The translations under genes and the position numbers were made by a program. Source: Macrostomum lignano (taxonomy: Eukaryota). From it: a stretch of 64,000 bases of DNA. How positions within the stretch are numbered: the stretch's first letter is position 1; every line of letters begins with the position of its first letter. Shown here one piece after another: positions 51,650 to 64,000 of this stretch. The stretch lies in contig NIVC01000263.1 in the NCBI GenBank assembly GCA_002269645.1, positions 62,001 to 126,000 on the forward strand. Reading direction: 5' to 3'. The notes beneath the pieces were generated by a model. It made no database searches. It was not told the origin of the DNA and saw nothing but the letters and a program-made list of their open reading frames with translations.

Positions 51650-52910
51650 AACAGGCTTGTAGACACAGAAAGACTGGTGGACACAGACAAGTAGACGACT
51701 ACGAAATAAACAAAACAGACATACAGACAGACAGATGAAGACAGATACAGACAAAGCAGACAGATGCAGAAAATACAGACAGATACAGAAGATACAGACA
51801 GATACAGAAAATACATGTACAGACAGATACAGAAGATACAGACAGATGCAGTCAAAACAGACATACAGACAGACAGATGAAGACAGATACAGACAGATAC
51901 AGACAGACACAAACAGATACGGATAGGTACAGACAGATACAGATAGGTACAGACAGATACAGATAGGTACAGACAGATGCAGATAGGTACAGACAGATAC
52001 AGACAAAACAGACAGGTACAGAAAAAACAGACAGATACAGACAAAACAGACAGATGCAGACAAAACAGACAGATACAGACAAAGTAGACAGATACACAGA
52101 AAACAGACAGATACACACAAGTAGAAAGCTACAAACAGACATCAGACAGATACAGACAAAACAGACAGATACACAGAAAACAGACAGATACACACAAGTA
52201 GAAAGCTACAAACAGACATCAGACAGATACAGACAAAACAGACAGATACACAGAAAACAGACAGATACACCCAAGTAGAAAGCTACAAACAGACATCAGA
52301 CAGATACAGACAAAACAGACAGATACACAGAAAACAGACAGATACACACAAGTAGAAAGCTACCAACAGACATCAGACAGATACAGACAAAACAGACAGA
52401 TACAGACAAAACAGACAGATACAGACAAAACAGACAGATACACAGAAAACAGACAGATACAGACAAGTAGAAAGCCACCAACAGACATCAGACAGATACA
52501 GACAAAACAGACAGATACAGACAAAACAGACAGATACACAGAAAACAGACAGATACACACAAGTAGAAAGCTACAAACAGACATCAGACAGATACAGACA
52601 AAACAGACAGATACACAGAAATCAGACAGATACAGACAAGTAGAAAGCTACCAACAGACATCAGACAGATACAGACAAAACAGACAGATACAGACAAAAC
52701 AGACAGATACAGACAAAACAGACAGATACAGACAAAACAGACAGATACAGACAAAACAGACAGATACACAGAAAACAGACAGATACAGACAAAACAGACA
52801 GATACACAGAAAACAGACAGATACAGACAAAACAGACAGATACACAGAAAACAGACAGATACAGACAAGTAGAAAGCTACAAACAGACATCAGACAGAAA
52901 AGACAAACAC
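51650..52910. repeat. Complex GACA/GATA-derived satellite (ACAGACAGATACAGACAAA...) with higher-order blocks
   Basis: Direct inspection. Confidence 0.9.
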
Positions 52911-53035
52911 AGGCAAATAGTTATATACAAGCATAAAAGCATACAGACACAAAGTCACACGGCTCGCAAAGGACTGTAGTCTTACTTCTGAAACCAGAAA
53001 CGACAGAAGCGGTTTCAATTCTAGCGACAGGCAGC

Positions 53036-54671
53036 TCAGACGGACTCCTCGGCGGTGTTCCGATGCCCCGAAGGCTTCTTGCTGGCAAAGTCTCCGCTTT
53101 CAAGGCTCGCCGCGTCGCCGAAATGCTGCACCCGATGGCCGCGCCCTCGAGCTGCTGCTGGCCGGTCAGAACTGCTCGGCCGAATGTCCACCTCACACTC
53201 GATGGTGTCGCTGCCACCGCCGCTGCCACCGCCGCTGCCCGTCGCCTCGTCTCCGGCGGCAAAGTTGACGGCCAGGTGGCGGTGCTTCCTCGGTCGTCGG
53301 GCCGGCTGCTCCAGCGGCTGCTGCTGCCAGGCGGCCTCGTGCACCGTCACCACCGTCTGGGTCGTCTGCGTGCCGCGGCCGGCGAGGCTGGGACTGACGA
53401 ATGCGCCGAAATCTTCGTCCTCCTCGAATTCCATGTTGAGCTCGTCCAGCGGAGACAGCTTGATGGAGGCGGCTGGAGGAAGGAGTTTGAGATGGGGGTT
53501 TGGAGTGTCCACTTTATCACACGGGGTGTCCCCTTTTTTCACACGGGATGTCCACTTCATCACATGGGGTGTCCACTTTATCACACGGGGTGTCCACTTC
53601 ATCACACATGGGGTGTCCACTTCATCACATGGGGTGTCCACTTTATCACACGAGGGAATTCTCACAGGCGGCAGCGGCAGCGGTAGCAGTCGATGCTGAC
53701 ACCGCAGTTGTCGTTGACACGGTCGCCGAGGACAGTCTGGAACTTTGGCTGGTGCCCTGACCGCTGGAGGGTGACACCGGCGGCGCCTGCTGAGGTTTTC
53801 GCTGCTGCTCAACCAGCTGCCTGCGGCGCTCAATGAGCGCAGGATTCGCGCTGTCCAAGCCGAGGTCCGACAGCTGCTCATCTAGAATCTTTCATTGAGA
53901 TTTTTTGTGAAAGGAATGATTACACTCGCGCATGTACTTTAGTGAATAAATGGTCTTCCAGTGAATGACAAACTAAGCTAAACTTTGCAAATTGGCATTG
54001 AAAGAAATTAAGAGGAAGCTGTGAGCTACTTGATGCCAAGATTAACGATGAGGTGCAAAAGTAATTCGATAAAGTGACCTCAATACCATGCAGTGTCTAC
54101 CAGTCACAGTGTAAACTCCATGACAACCCCTCAGTACAGAAAAATTTACCTGCAGCTCAGTGAAGACCTGCTGCTTGATTGCCTGCTTTCCGGTGATATT
54201 AAGGAAGTTTGTATCGCCAGCAGCCGCCTTGAACTCCAGGCTGCTCTCAAACCGTTCGTGCAACCATCTCAGCAGCCGGTCCTCGTGAATGTCCATGGTT
54301 TCCGACTTCTCGTAAATTGACAAATCTTCGTATCGGAATTGAGCCGGCAAGTCGCTCTCCGGGGGCGCGTAATACGGTTGGCTGGGACGCAGTTGGCGCC
54401 AGCGCTCGCGCGGATCCCAGGAAGGCCGGAATAGCGTCGTTGACTTGCGAACTTGCGGCAGCTCTTTGTCCAGTGATGGGAATAGCGGATCAATTTTGTC
54501 CGCAGTCGCAGCCTCCGATGGTGTGGCTGGCAGTTTGCTAGTGTCGTTAGAGACAGAACTGGCTGTGGCGGCTGTTGCATCGGTCAGTCCAGAGTTGCTG
54601 GGACCGCAGCTGCGTCCAAAAATTCTTCGCAAACGTGCCTCGGGCACGTTCTGAAAAAGCCCTTCGTCCAT
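53036..54671 (-). CDS. Uncharacterised spliced protein-coding gene
   Basis: Exon A 54671-54150 (CAG|GTAAAT), exon B 53881-53666 (phase 1-1), exon C 53472-53036 (the intron before it holds a GTGTCCACTTCATCAC repeat at about 53500-53655). A phase 0-to-1 exon is needed between A and B; candidate 53972-53924. No domain recognised. Confidence 0.55.
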
Positions 54672-55617
54672 TTTACACCAATAGCCACAAAGTACAATAC
54701 ACTATTCTCTATGCGCGTATTGGTCTTTCTCTATAGAATCAGCCAGAATTTGATCACAGTTGTCAGGACAAATAAACATGAAAATGATCTAAGATTTATT
54801 ACATTCTCATTATGTTCTGAAAAGAAAGTCTATGGTAAACTGAGATCCTCGCAAAGAAAACTCAGCCTGCTCGCGTCACTCAAACCGTATATAAAACACA
54901 TTATGAGACGCAAATCTGAGTAACGATATAATCTTTAAAGCACTTAATTTTAAATAAAAATAACTTAACAGCCGAAGGATCATATTCAGCATCTCATTAA
55001 ACGGATAGAGTTAATGTGAACGGGATTTCTCCGTGGTGATTTTGTGATAGTTATAACTAACAGACATAAGCTGCAGTCAGTTTTGTGAACTTTATTTGAA
55101 ATGCAGGCTCAGTAGCCAGTATTAAAGCATTATACTTAGATTTCTTATCTGTTTTGATAATAAGCTTGTATCTCAAGTTTCTGTTCTTTGAATGCTTTAT
55201 CGCCATTATTTAATTTTTAGAACTCGATGATGACTAACACTAGTATCAATATTTGCATTTGCATCTCTATTAATTGATTGATTCATCTCAAAGCCACCTC
55301 TGAACAAAGCTGTTTCCTTATTGTTTTGTTAATAAAAGCGTCTATCAATTTTTGCTTAGTAACTTAATTCAAATTAATTTAATAGTATAGAACAAAAGTA
55401 CTATTTTTGAAATAACTCACAAAGTTTCTCACTGAGAATCTCAGGATATAAATGGTTATTTCCCTTTTAACACCTTTTCAAAGATTGTGTGTTACTTCCC
55501 AATTCAAATGAATATTATTTTTTAAATGGTTAATTCTGTATTTTTGCAATGAAAGACGTTGTTCAAAGTTTTATTGCATATATATAACTATACAAGAAAT
55601 CTGTACTATATTTATTT

Positions 55618-56012
55618 CGAAGAGCTTGCGTGCACGGCCGCCGTTCGCGTAAGCTCAGAATTGCGTGCACAGCAGAGCTATATCTTATAGGCTTATACAG
55701 TAAGTCATATACTATTCGAATTAATATTCAAGGTAACAAAAAAAACAATGAATTAAGATTACATTTGCAGTCCATGGTGTATGGGGGATAAAACATTATA
55801 AAACAATATAGTCAAAATATTTTTTAATTAGGGTTGCCAATGCCAATGCGTGGATTTAAGGGCCCCAGTCTTGGCCAATTGCCGGCTGCCATGCACGCAA
55901 TTACAACACTAGGTGGATGGCTGCATACATGCAAATAAAGCACTAGGTAGATAGCCGCCATGCACGCAATTCTGAGCTTACGTGAACAGCTGCCGTGCAT
56001 GCAAGCTCTTCG
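55618..56012. mobile_element. Mutator-type MITE (395 bp) with 9-bp TSD
   Basis: TIRs CGAAGAGCTTGC(G/A)TGCACGGC...GTAAGCTCAGAATTGCGTGCA; TATTTATTT at 55609-55617 and 56013-56021. Confidence 0.9.
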
Positions 56013-56272
56013 TATTTATTTTTTTAAACCTAAATTGCAATTTCTAAGAGATAAAATGTCAAAATAAACCAAAACTGCAATGGGTTTTATCAAACAATTC
56101 AAAAAGTTATTTCCTAAAAGTTTTTTAGCTTTTGGTATTTTTGTGAACAAAAAAACTATCATTATATAGTTCATTTAACTTCATTATTCGGCAATCCTGA
56201 AGTGAAGATTCCCGCGTTTAATTATTTTACGGAATTAAAGCAATCCAATCAAAAAAGTCTGTCAGTGTTAAA

Positions 56273-56494
56273 CTACTGGCATGGGTAATAGTGTCCAATC
56301 CAGTATAGGATATTGCCAAACTGATGGTCTGGGAAGGCCCAGCGCCACATGAACTCTTGTAGATATGTGCCGAAAAGGGCATCCAAAGTCCCATGCATGG
56401 CCTGGAATTTGGCCTTTTAGTGGGCCCACATGCCCTCGACCATATTTGTGTAAGTGTCTAGGTTATTTGGGTCACGGAAATGCAGTGAATGGTC
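56273..56494 (-). pseudogene. Degenerate Merlin/IS1016 (ISXO2-like) transposase, C-terminal fragment
   Basis: Manual translation DHSLHFRDPNNLDTYTNMVEGMWAH*KAKFQAMHGTLDALFGTYLQEFMWR matches the Merlin pattern NHS..F.DP...HTN.IEG.W...K...YL.EF.WR; one internal stop. Confidence 0.75.
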
Positions 56495-59400
56495 TCTTCA
56501 ACCACTTGAGGATCCACAATTGTCTGGGGTGCTGGAAGTCATCCTGCCATAATTCCGTGGCTGAAATGTGCATAAAAATGTGTAAAATAATTAAACGTGG
56601 GAATCTTCAGGATTGCCCATTATTTATATATCATTATTACATTGTATACATAATACATTTTGGCACCAAAAATATTATTTGCTTTGAGTGATTTTAAATT
56701 TACTCTTTTGTTTGGCTATATGATGTATTAGAACTACTTTAATTAAACAGTCCCTAAATTTAAAACTCCTTGGCCATAGTTAGAATTAGAATAAGGGGGA
56801 CATTGCCATTGGACTACAACCAAAGCTACCAATTCTTTATCTAGGGCAAGTGTCCCTGGGAAAGTGATGTTTGATCCTCTTCTACCCTGGTACCAACATC
56901 TCAAGCCATAGCTTTATAAGCTATCATTACCCAGGTTAGGCCTATATTACTATCAAGTATGATTTTCCTGATCTAATACTGGCACATAAAAAATATATCT
57001 ATTAGGCTATGTCAACCCATATATCATACTCCAACTCAGAGCTTATTGTCATGTCTTATTAGCAAAACATACATGTGCAACCTTGGGAATTATCTAATTA
57101 TTTCTATTGGCTAATACAATTTCTAATACAATAGACTGAGAGCAGTCTAATATCACTAATATTCTATCTAATAGTGACTTATAAATCTTGTATTGCCAAT
57201 AAAATGGCCAGGTGAATCCCTAGGACTAGGTTGTACCTAAGCATATAGCAAAATCTTTTATTCTATTCTACTTTTATCATCAGGTTAGATGGCTTTATAA
57301 ACCAAAATGCTCCATCAGCTATCTAATTAGGGTCAGTTCATAATATTAACATTAATAGCCAAAATATTCTTATTCACAATGAATGCTTTGCATTTGCCAA
57401 GATGAAGTGCCCTTTTCCAGTATGAAATATTCAGTGGATCTGGCTTGTATTTCCTTTGCCAAATGGGAAACATTGCCATATTAGCCCATAATGTTCCTAG
57501 TAACTAAGGTACTTAAGCTATTGTGATGAAAATTCTTTAGCAATGACACTATTATGGGAATAAACCTTGTTTATATGCACAAAATTAAGTAGCATACTGC
57601 TTTTATCACTTGTATAACTATTGTTGGACTTAGCTAAATTGGCTATTAAAAAATTTCTACTTTTGTATAAGAATCCTAAATGCCTTTTCAGTCATTTTTT
57701 GCTCTGCTAAGTCTGTAGTTAAACATTGTTTCTTGTCACTTAGGTAGATATGGTCTTATCAAGTAGTCCCAAAATGAGAAAGCCTCATCTACAATTAGCA
57801 CATGTAGTGCTTCTTTTCTATTGGCAACTAGCAGCTTTGGCTTGGCTTTATAAATGTGTCAGATTCCAAACTATTATCAAACTTGGCAACCTATAAAATG
57901 ATGCACTATTGTTCTGAGAGCCACAGTTTCAAATATCAATCATAAGAAATCAGAATTCATTATCTATATTAGCTTAAATTGACCATTGACACTCCAATGC
58001 AATAGGTAATGGAAAGCAGATACTGACTATTGCCATGTCCAATAAATCTTAATTTAAGCACTAGTCTTTGTTTTGTAAAAATGGCTTGGCAAAAATTGGT
58101 GTTCATCTTTGTAAGTTAATTAGTTAGTTAATCATCAACTGAAATCTTGTGATCACTTAAAAATTAGCCTTGTTTTTTAGCTAATTTTAGACAAAAATCC
58201 TATAAAACTCATATTTTTGGCAATTTAAAATCATGGGATTCATGAATAGGCTTTTATGTATAGATATTTCTTTAAAAAACTTTATTTTCAATAGCTCTGT
58301 TAGTTCAACTATAATGTAAAGATTTTCTATTTTTAGCCTCTATTTCTCATGGAATGATCTTAATTCTCTATGAAAATTACCTTGTATAATATGTCCAATT
58401 CTTAAAACAAGTTTAAAATGATTTTAAATAAGTTTGACCTATATATTAATTGAAATAGACTTATATATGGTTCTCATTAAATATTGAATAAGGTAGTAAT
58501 TAAATAGATCTCAAATGCATATTTTTATATCTCTTAATTTTTTATCTCAAAGGCAAAAAGCTTAACTTGATTTCCTATTTTTTGTATAGAAACTGTATTA
58601 TACAAAAATATGGCCAACTAGTGAATTATGTTGTGATTTCCTATGTATAAATTATGTTTGTTATTTTGCTTAAATGCACTTTTAAAATTATTGAATAGAT
58701 AAAAGAGACCATTATTATTCCTTTCTTAATGGCAAAGTTAGCTAAGCAATAAACATGGGACTCCCTGGTATGATTCTATACAATTCATATTAATTTGGTA
58801 ATTTTGTTTAAAAATTGGGACATATATGATTAACACCTTTTAGGGCCAACCTTTAAGTCATAAAGACTGGTGGTTCAAATTTCAAGGCCAGTGTGAATAT
58901 GTATATGAGTGTCTGCTTATATATAATATTTATATACTTGTATATCTTTAGACTCAATGGAATGGATAAGATTGCCTCATTGTTAGTTATAGGACAATAT
59001 ATCAATAAAAGTATTATGCCAAAATTTTTGCAACCCTCCTGAAAATACTTGTTTATATTTTAGTCATAAACTAGCAATCAGTGCCCCCTTGTTGGGTAGG
59101 CAATAATAAATGGAATAAAAACTTTCTGACCTCTCAACAATTCCCCTTATCAGCCTTGGCATCTTAGCAATTCCCCCTATAAGCATTGACAATAAAGCCT
59201 TCATATATAAACATTCAATCCAACATGGAAAGTGTAGCCATACCTAATTTCTCAAATTTAATTACCCAGCTTGACCGCCAAGCTAGGATAAGTTGCATCG
59301 TTTTCTGCTCCCAGGAGACCCCGCCAGCAAGAGGCGATCCCGCTGTGCCTCCTCTTCCACTTGCTTCAAATCGAACCCCGCGGCTCCTCTTCAACTTGTT

Positions 59401-60019
59401 CGCTGGCCTGATGCCCCCCCCCCAATCCATCAAGCTCGCATGACGCAAACCTGCCATTGCTTCCTGTGCCCGGCTCCCCAGCTGACCTTATCGCCCATCC
59501 TTTGCCTCGTTTTCTTCTCCATCTTCCCCAACACCCCTCTCCCCGTCTCCTTAACCATGCCGGCTATTCCAGATTGCTGGCTGGCTTAGCATTAAGGCAT
59601 TACACTATCAGATTGGAGGGCCGCAGCACCAGCACAGCCACTGACCGCCCCTGCCTGCTCCTTCCCCTACGCCATAGTTGCTTTTAGTCCCAGCAAAGCC
59701 AAAGCCAATTTGCTTGCTTCTTGCCCGCTTTCGTGCACTTTCCCTCCCTGGTGCAGCGGTCTTCTTCACTTTTCCTCCCCCACCACCGGCCGGCAAATTA
59801 CTATCTGTCGGAGTAAATGAAGTGGGAGCGCCATGTCCAGCCAGACGCTGTTGCTTGGTGCCTTGCTTCCACCTGAGAGAGCCTCAACTACTCGTAGATT
59901 GTGGAATACCTAGCAAAATCCCCTACACGGGCCATGGAGCCATTTTCATTTTTGCAAAATTTCCAACAAAACCAGTGAAAGGAAAGCCACTTTAAAAGCT
60001 TGAATCTCGTCTTGGAGAT

Positions 60020-61218
60020 ACAATCTCATCTCTGTGGGGTTAAATTGGAGCTACAATCTCACCTGAGGGGTTAATTTGGAGCTACAATCTCACCTGAGGC
60101 GTTAAATTGGAGCTACAATCTCACCTGAGGCGTTAAATTGGAGCTACAATCTCATCTGAGGGATTAAATTGGAGCTAGAAATCTCATCTGAGGGATTAAA
60201 TTGGAGCTACAATCTCATCTGAGGGATTAAATTGGAGCTAGAAATCTCATCTGAGGGATTAAATTGGAGCTACAATCTCATCTGAGGGATTAAATTGGAG
60301 CTACAAATCTCACCTGAGGGGTTAAATTGGAGCTAAAATCTCACCTGAGGGGTTAAATTGGAGCTAAAATCTCACCTGAGGGGTTAAATTGGAACTACAA
60401 TCTCACCTGAGGGGTTAATTGGAGCTACAATCTCATCTGAGGGATTAAATTGGAGCTACAAATCTCACCTGAGGGGTTAAATTGGAGCTAAAATCTCACC
60501 TGAGGGGTTAAATTGGAACTACAATCTCACCTGAGGGGTTAATTGGAGCTACAATCTCATCTGAGGGGTTAATTGGAGCTACAAATCTCATCTGAGGGGT
60601 TAAATTGGAGCTACAATCTCATCTGAGGGGTTAATTGGAGCTACAATCTCATCTGAGGGGTTAATTGGAGCTACAATCTCACCTGAGGGGTTAATTGGAG
60701 CTACAATCTCATCTGAGGGGTTAAATTGGAGCTACAAATCTCATCTGAGGCGTTAAATTGGAGCTACAATCTCATCTGAGGGATTAACGTGGAGCTAAAA
60801 TCTCGAGGGGTTAAATTGGAGCTACAATCTCATCTGAGGGGTTAAATAGGAGCTACAATCTCATCTGAGGGGTTAAATTGGAGCTACAATCTCACCCGAG
60901 GGGTTAAATTGGAGCTACAATCTCACCTGAGGCGTTAAATTGGAGCTACAATCTCACCTGAGGGGTTAAATTGGAGCTACAATCTCATCTGAGGGATTAA
61001 ATTGGAGCTACAATCTCACCTGAGGCGTTAAATTGGAGCTACAATCTCACCTGAGGCGTTAAATTGGAGCTACAATCTCACCTGAGGTGTTAAATTGGAG
61101 CTACAATCTCATCTGAGGGATTAACGTGGAGCTAAAATCTCGAGGGGTTAAATTGGAGCTACAATCTCATCTGAGGGGTTAAATTGGAGCTACAATCTCA
61201 CCCGAGGGATTAAATTGT
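60020..61218. repeat. 30-32-bp minisatellite TTAAATTGGAGCTACAATCTCA(C/T)CTGAGGGG
   Basis: Direct inspection. Confidence 0.95.
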
Positions 61219-62408
61219 TAACCCCAGGTAAAATTATTTTTAGCTGAACCAATTTTATAAGAACTTGGTCTCATTCTAAAGGTGACTAAACCCACAGGCC
61301 AGAGTTTTCTCACTAGAAAGTCAGATTTCCATACGTTTCACACCCCTCTAATTCCCTCAGCCCCGAGTGCTTTAATCAGCCGCGTCATGAGGGGTGGGTG
61401 GGGGGCATCAGTCTCTCCTGTACACGCGTCATCATCCATAGCTTCCCTCCCCCCTTAGCTAATGACTGAATGGGCGGCGCCCGCCACTAAGAATCCCAAA
61501 AAAGCTACCTTGTATGGCAACACTCGGCATCTTTTTCTCCTCTCCTCTTCTCTCTCCTGTCCTGTCAAGGCCAGCCCCAATCGCCGTGTGAAAAGTTCTG
61601 CACTGTCCAATGCTTACCTCTCTTCCCCTCTCCCCCCTGGATTTCCTGCGCCTCTCGCTTACCCCGCGCTCTCCCACTCTAATCCCGCCTAAAAATAAAA
61701 ATCCACAGAAGCAGTGACTCAGACTTGTGGGGCAGGCAGGCAGGAGGGAATACTTCAATTGGTCAGGAGAATTATCCCTTATCCCTCTCCTGCCAACAAT
61801 AACAACAGTGGCGAACTAATCTTATAAGCCTCTGGATCTCGGAATTTGGTGTGGCTGCAGACTGCAATTATGATGTTATAGTGCGAGTATTTATTTATGC
61901 AGAACTGGACTGTTGTCATGCCTACTCATAATTATATTCTTTACAGTCGTCTGTTAAAGATCTTCAACTGATAGTTGGTGTTTCCGCTCAGCTATGAGCT
62001 GCAGTAATAATCATAATCAAATTATTGTCAACCGAAAGCAAAGCAGTGCGTTGCTGCTTCTGCTGCCGTTTCAAGTATTGCTGCTATTGCTGGCGTGTGC
62101 CTGTCGAGGTAAGCTTATAATATCTATTATTCTTTGCTTTTAGAGTATAAAAACTTGCCAAGTGCTTGTTTGCGACTGCTTCCACTGTTTAGGAAGTGTG
62201 TATATCGTCAGTCTGTTGTCAGTCTGCTCTGCCTGCTCTTTTACTATGAGGCGAGGGAGACAGGCAGGCTGCCAAGTAAGACAATGAGAATGAGACCATT
62301 CTCACCGTATCCGACCCCCCGCTGACTTTAGCCCCGGTTTTAAAGTGGGCAAGTGCTACTGTACGGCATATGCAAGCAATATTGAACTTTGTAATAGTAA
62401 TAATAGCT

Positions 62409-62948
62409 TCTGGTGCTGGCGCCTCTGGTGCTGGCGCCTCTGGTGCTGGCGCCTCTGGTGCTGGCGCCTCTGGTGCTGGCGCCTCTGGTGCTGGCGCCTC
62501 TGGTGCTGGCGCCTCTGGTGCTGGCGCCTCTGGTGCTGGCGCCTCTGGTGCTGGCGCCTCTGGTGCTGGCGCCTCTGGTGCTGGCGCCTCTGGTGCTGGC
62601 GCCTCTGGTGCTGGCGCCTCTGGTGCTGGCGCCTCTGGTGCTGGCGCCTCTGGTGCTGGCGCCTCTGGTGCTGGCGCCTCTGGTGCTGGCGCCTCTGGTG
62701 CTGGCGCCTCTGGTGCTGGCGCCTCTGGTGCTGGCGCCTCTGGTGCTGGCGCCTCTGGTGCTGGCGCCTCTGGTGCTGGCGCCTCTGGTGCTGGCGCCTC
62801 TGGTGCTGGCGCCTCTGGTGCTGGCGCCTCTGGTGCTGGCGCCTCTGGTGCTGGCGCCTCTGGTGCTGGCGCCTCTGGTGCTGGCGCCTCTGGTGCTGGC
62901 GCCTCTGGTGCTGGCGCCTCTGGTGCTGGCGCCTCTGGTGCTGGCGCC
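62409..62948. repeat. Perfect 15-bp tandem array (TCTGGTGCTGGCGCC) x36
   Basis: 540 bp with no variant unit seen. Confidence 0.97.
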
Positions 62949-63744
62949 ACCCTAAAACTTATTAGTAGATTGGGTAAACGGTCGGAGAAACTATGCACTT
63001 TATTGAAGTTATAAATGCTTCGGCATCTTATTAGTCGATTAGGTAAACATCTTAGGTATATGTGCCCTCGTCATCTGAAAGTTGTAGAGTTTCTATTATT
63101 AAAAATATTTATTATTTCATCCCTATTACTTCGCCAACGCTCAGCCGAACCGACGAAAAATGAAAGCTCTGCGTCTCAGCCGCCGGAGACTTTCCATTTC
63201 GAATGTCGCCGCTGGCCGCTCTGCGTCACCTCTGAGCAGCTTGGCCCGGACATTGCCACCGCCCTGCTCAATCCAGCCAATGCTAAGCTGGTGAATTACA
63301 ATTTATTTACTTTGTCCTACGCGATTTGCCGATCTTCGCCCGGAGGTCCTACTATGCTTGAGAGATGCGTTTTCAATTCAAATTATGTGAGTAAACGGTG
63401 GGAGTAACTATACTTCTTGTTTTAGTTTCAGATGCTTCGTCATATTATTAGTGAATGGAGTAAACGGCAAGAGTACCTATACATTCTTTTTTAGCTATGA
63501 GTGCCTCGTCATATAATTAGTAGATTTGGCTAAATAGCAATGCTTTGTCATGCGTCGTTTTCCTTTATTTTCACCCGTCAAGGCTTTCGCGCCCTACACA
63601 AAGTCGCTGTCAGTGAGTCTCTACAGGACCAGCGAGGCCGAGCCGCTGCTATTCGAATTAGAAAAGGCCCGGTGAGCGAGCACTTATTTGGATAGCAACG
63701 GTTTTTTTAATTGCACGAATTGCTTGATGTCTGTCGTTAGGATT

Positions 63745-64000
63745 GTCTTGTCTGAGAAGGGTGAGATTCTCAGGATTGTTGGTGTCTGAGGAGGGTGAGA
63801 TTCTCAGGATTGTTGCTGTCTGGGAAGGGTGAGATTCTCAGGATTGTTGCTGTCTGAGGAGGGTGAGATTATCAGGATTGTTTCTGTCTGAGTGGGGTGA
63901 GATTCTCGGGATCGTTGGTGTCTGAGAAGGGTGAGATTCTCGGGATTGTTGGTGTCTGAGGAGGGTGAGATTCTCGGGATTGTTGGTGTCTGAGAAAGGT
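63745..64000. repeat. 34-bp minisatellite GTCTGAGAAGGGTGAGATTCTCAGGATTGTTGGT, running off the window
   Basis: Direct inspection. Confidence 0.9.

Noticed and set aside
53036-53038. Selenocysteine or read-through at this TGA (also the TGA at 5806)
   Set aside because: A TAG follows a few codons after 53036, no SECIS was recognised, and no homology supports it.

Overview
This is animal genomic DNA: spliceosomal GT-AG introns, GC-rich exons, and minisatellite-filled introns. The style recalls a free-living flatworm such as Macrostomum, but that is an impression, not a determination. Host genes: PANK4 (+, 8 exons, about 772 aa), a C2H2 zinc-finger gene (+, 2 exons) preceded by a cluster of RFX X-boxes, a small secreted Cys-rich orphan (-, 2 exons), DPY30 (-) head-to-head with kynurenine 3-monooxygenase (KMO, +, 9 exons), and an unidentified spliced gene at 53.0-54.7 kb (-). 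Mobile DNA: (1) a foldback/NOF-like Mutator element with tandem-repeat inverted ends, encoding a DDE transposase plus a spliced Ulp1 SUMO-protease and PHD finger; (2) a Ty3/gypsy LTR retrotransposon plus a solo LTR of the same family inside one intronic minisatellite of PANK4; (3) two tRNA-derived SINE families, one a CORE-SINE; (4) four MITEs; (5) a decayed Merlin transposase. Many long ORFs in the supplied track are artefacts of tandem repeats. All gene models were built by hand from motif recognition and splice-phase arithmetic; no database search was run.
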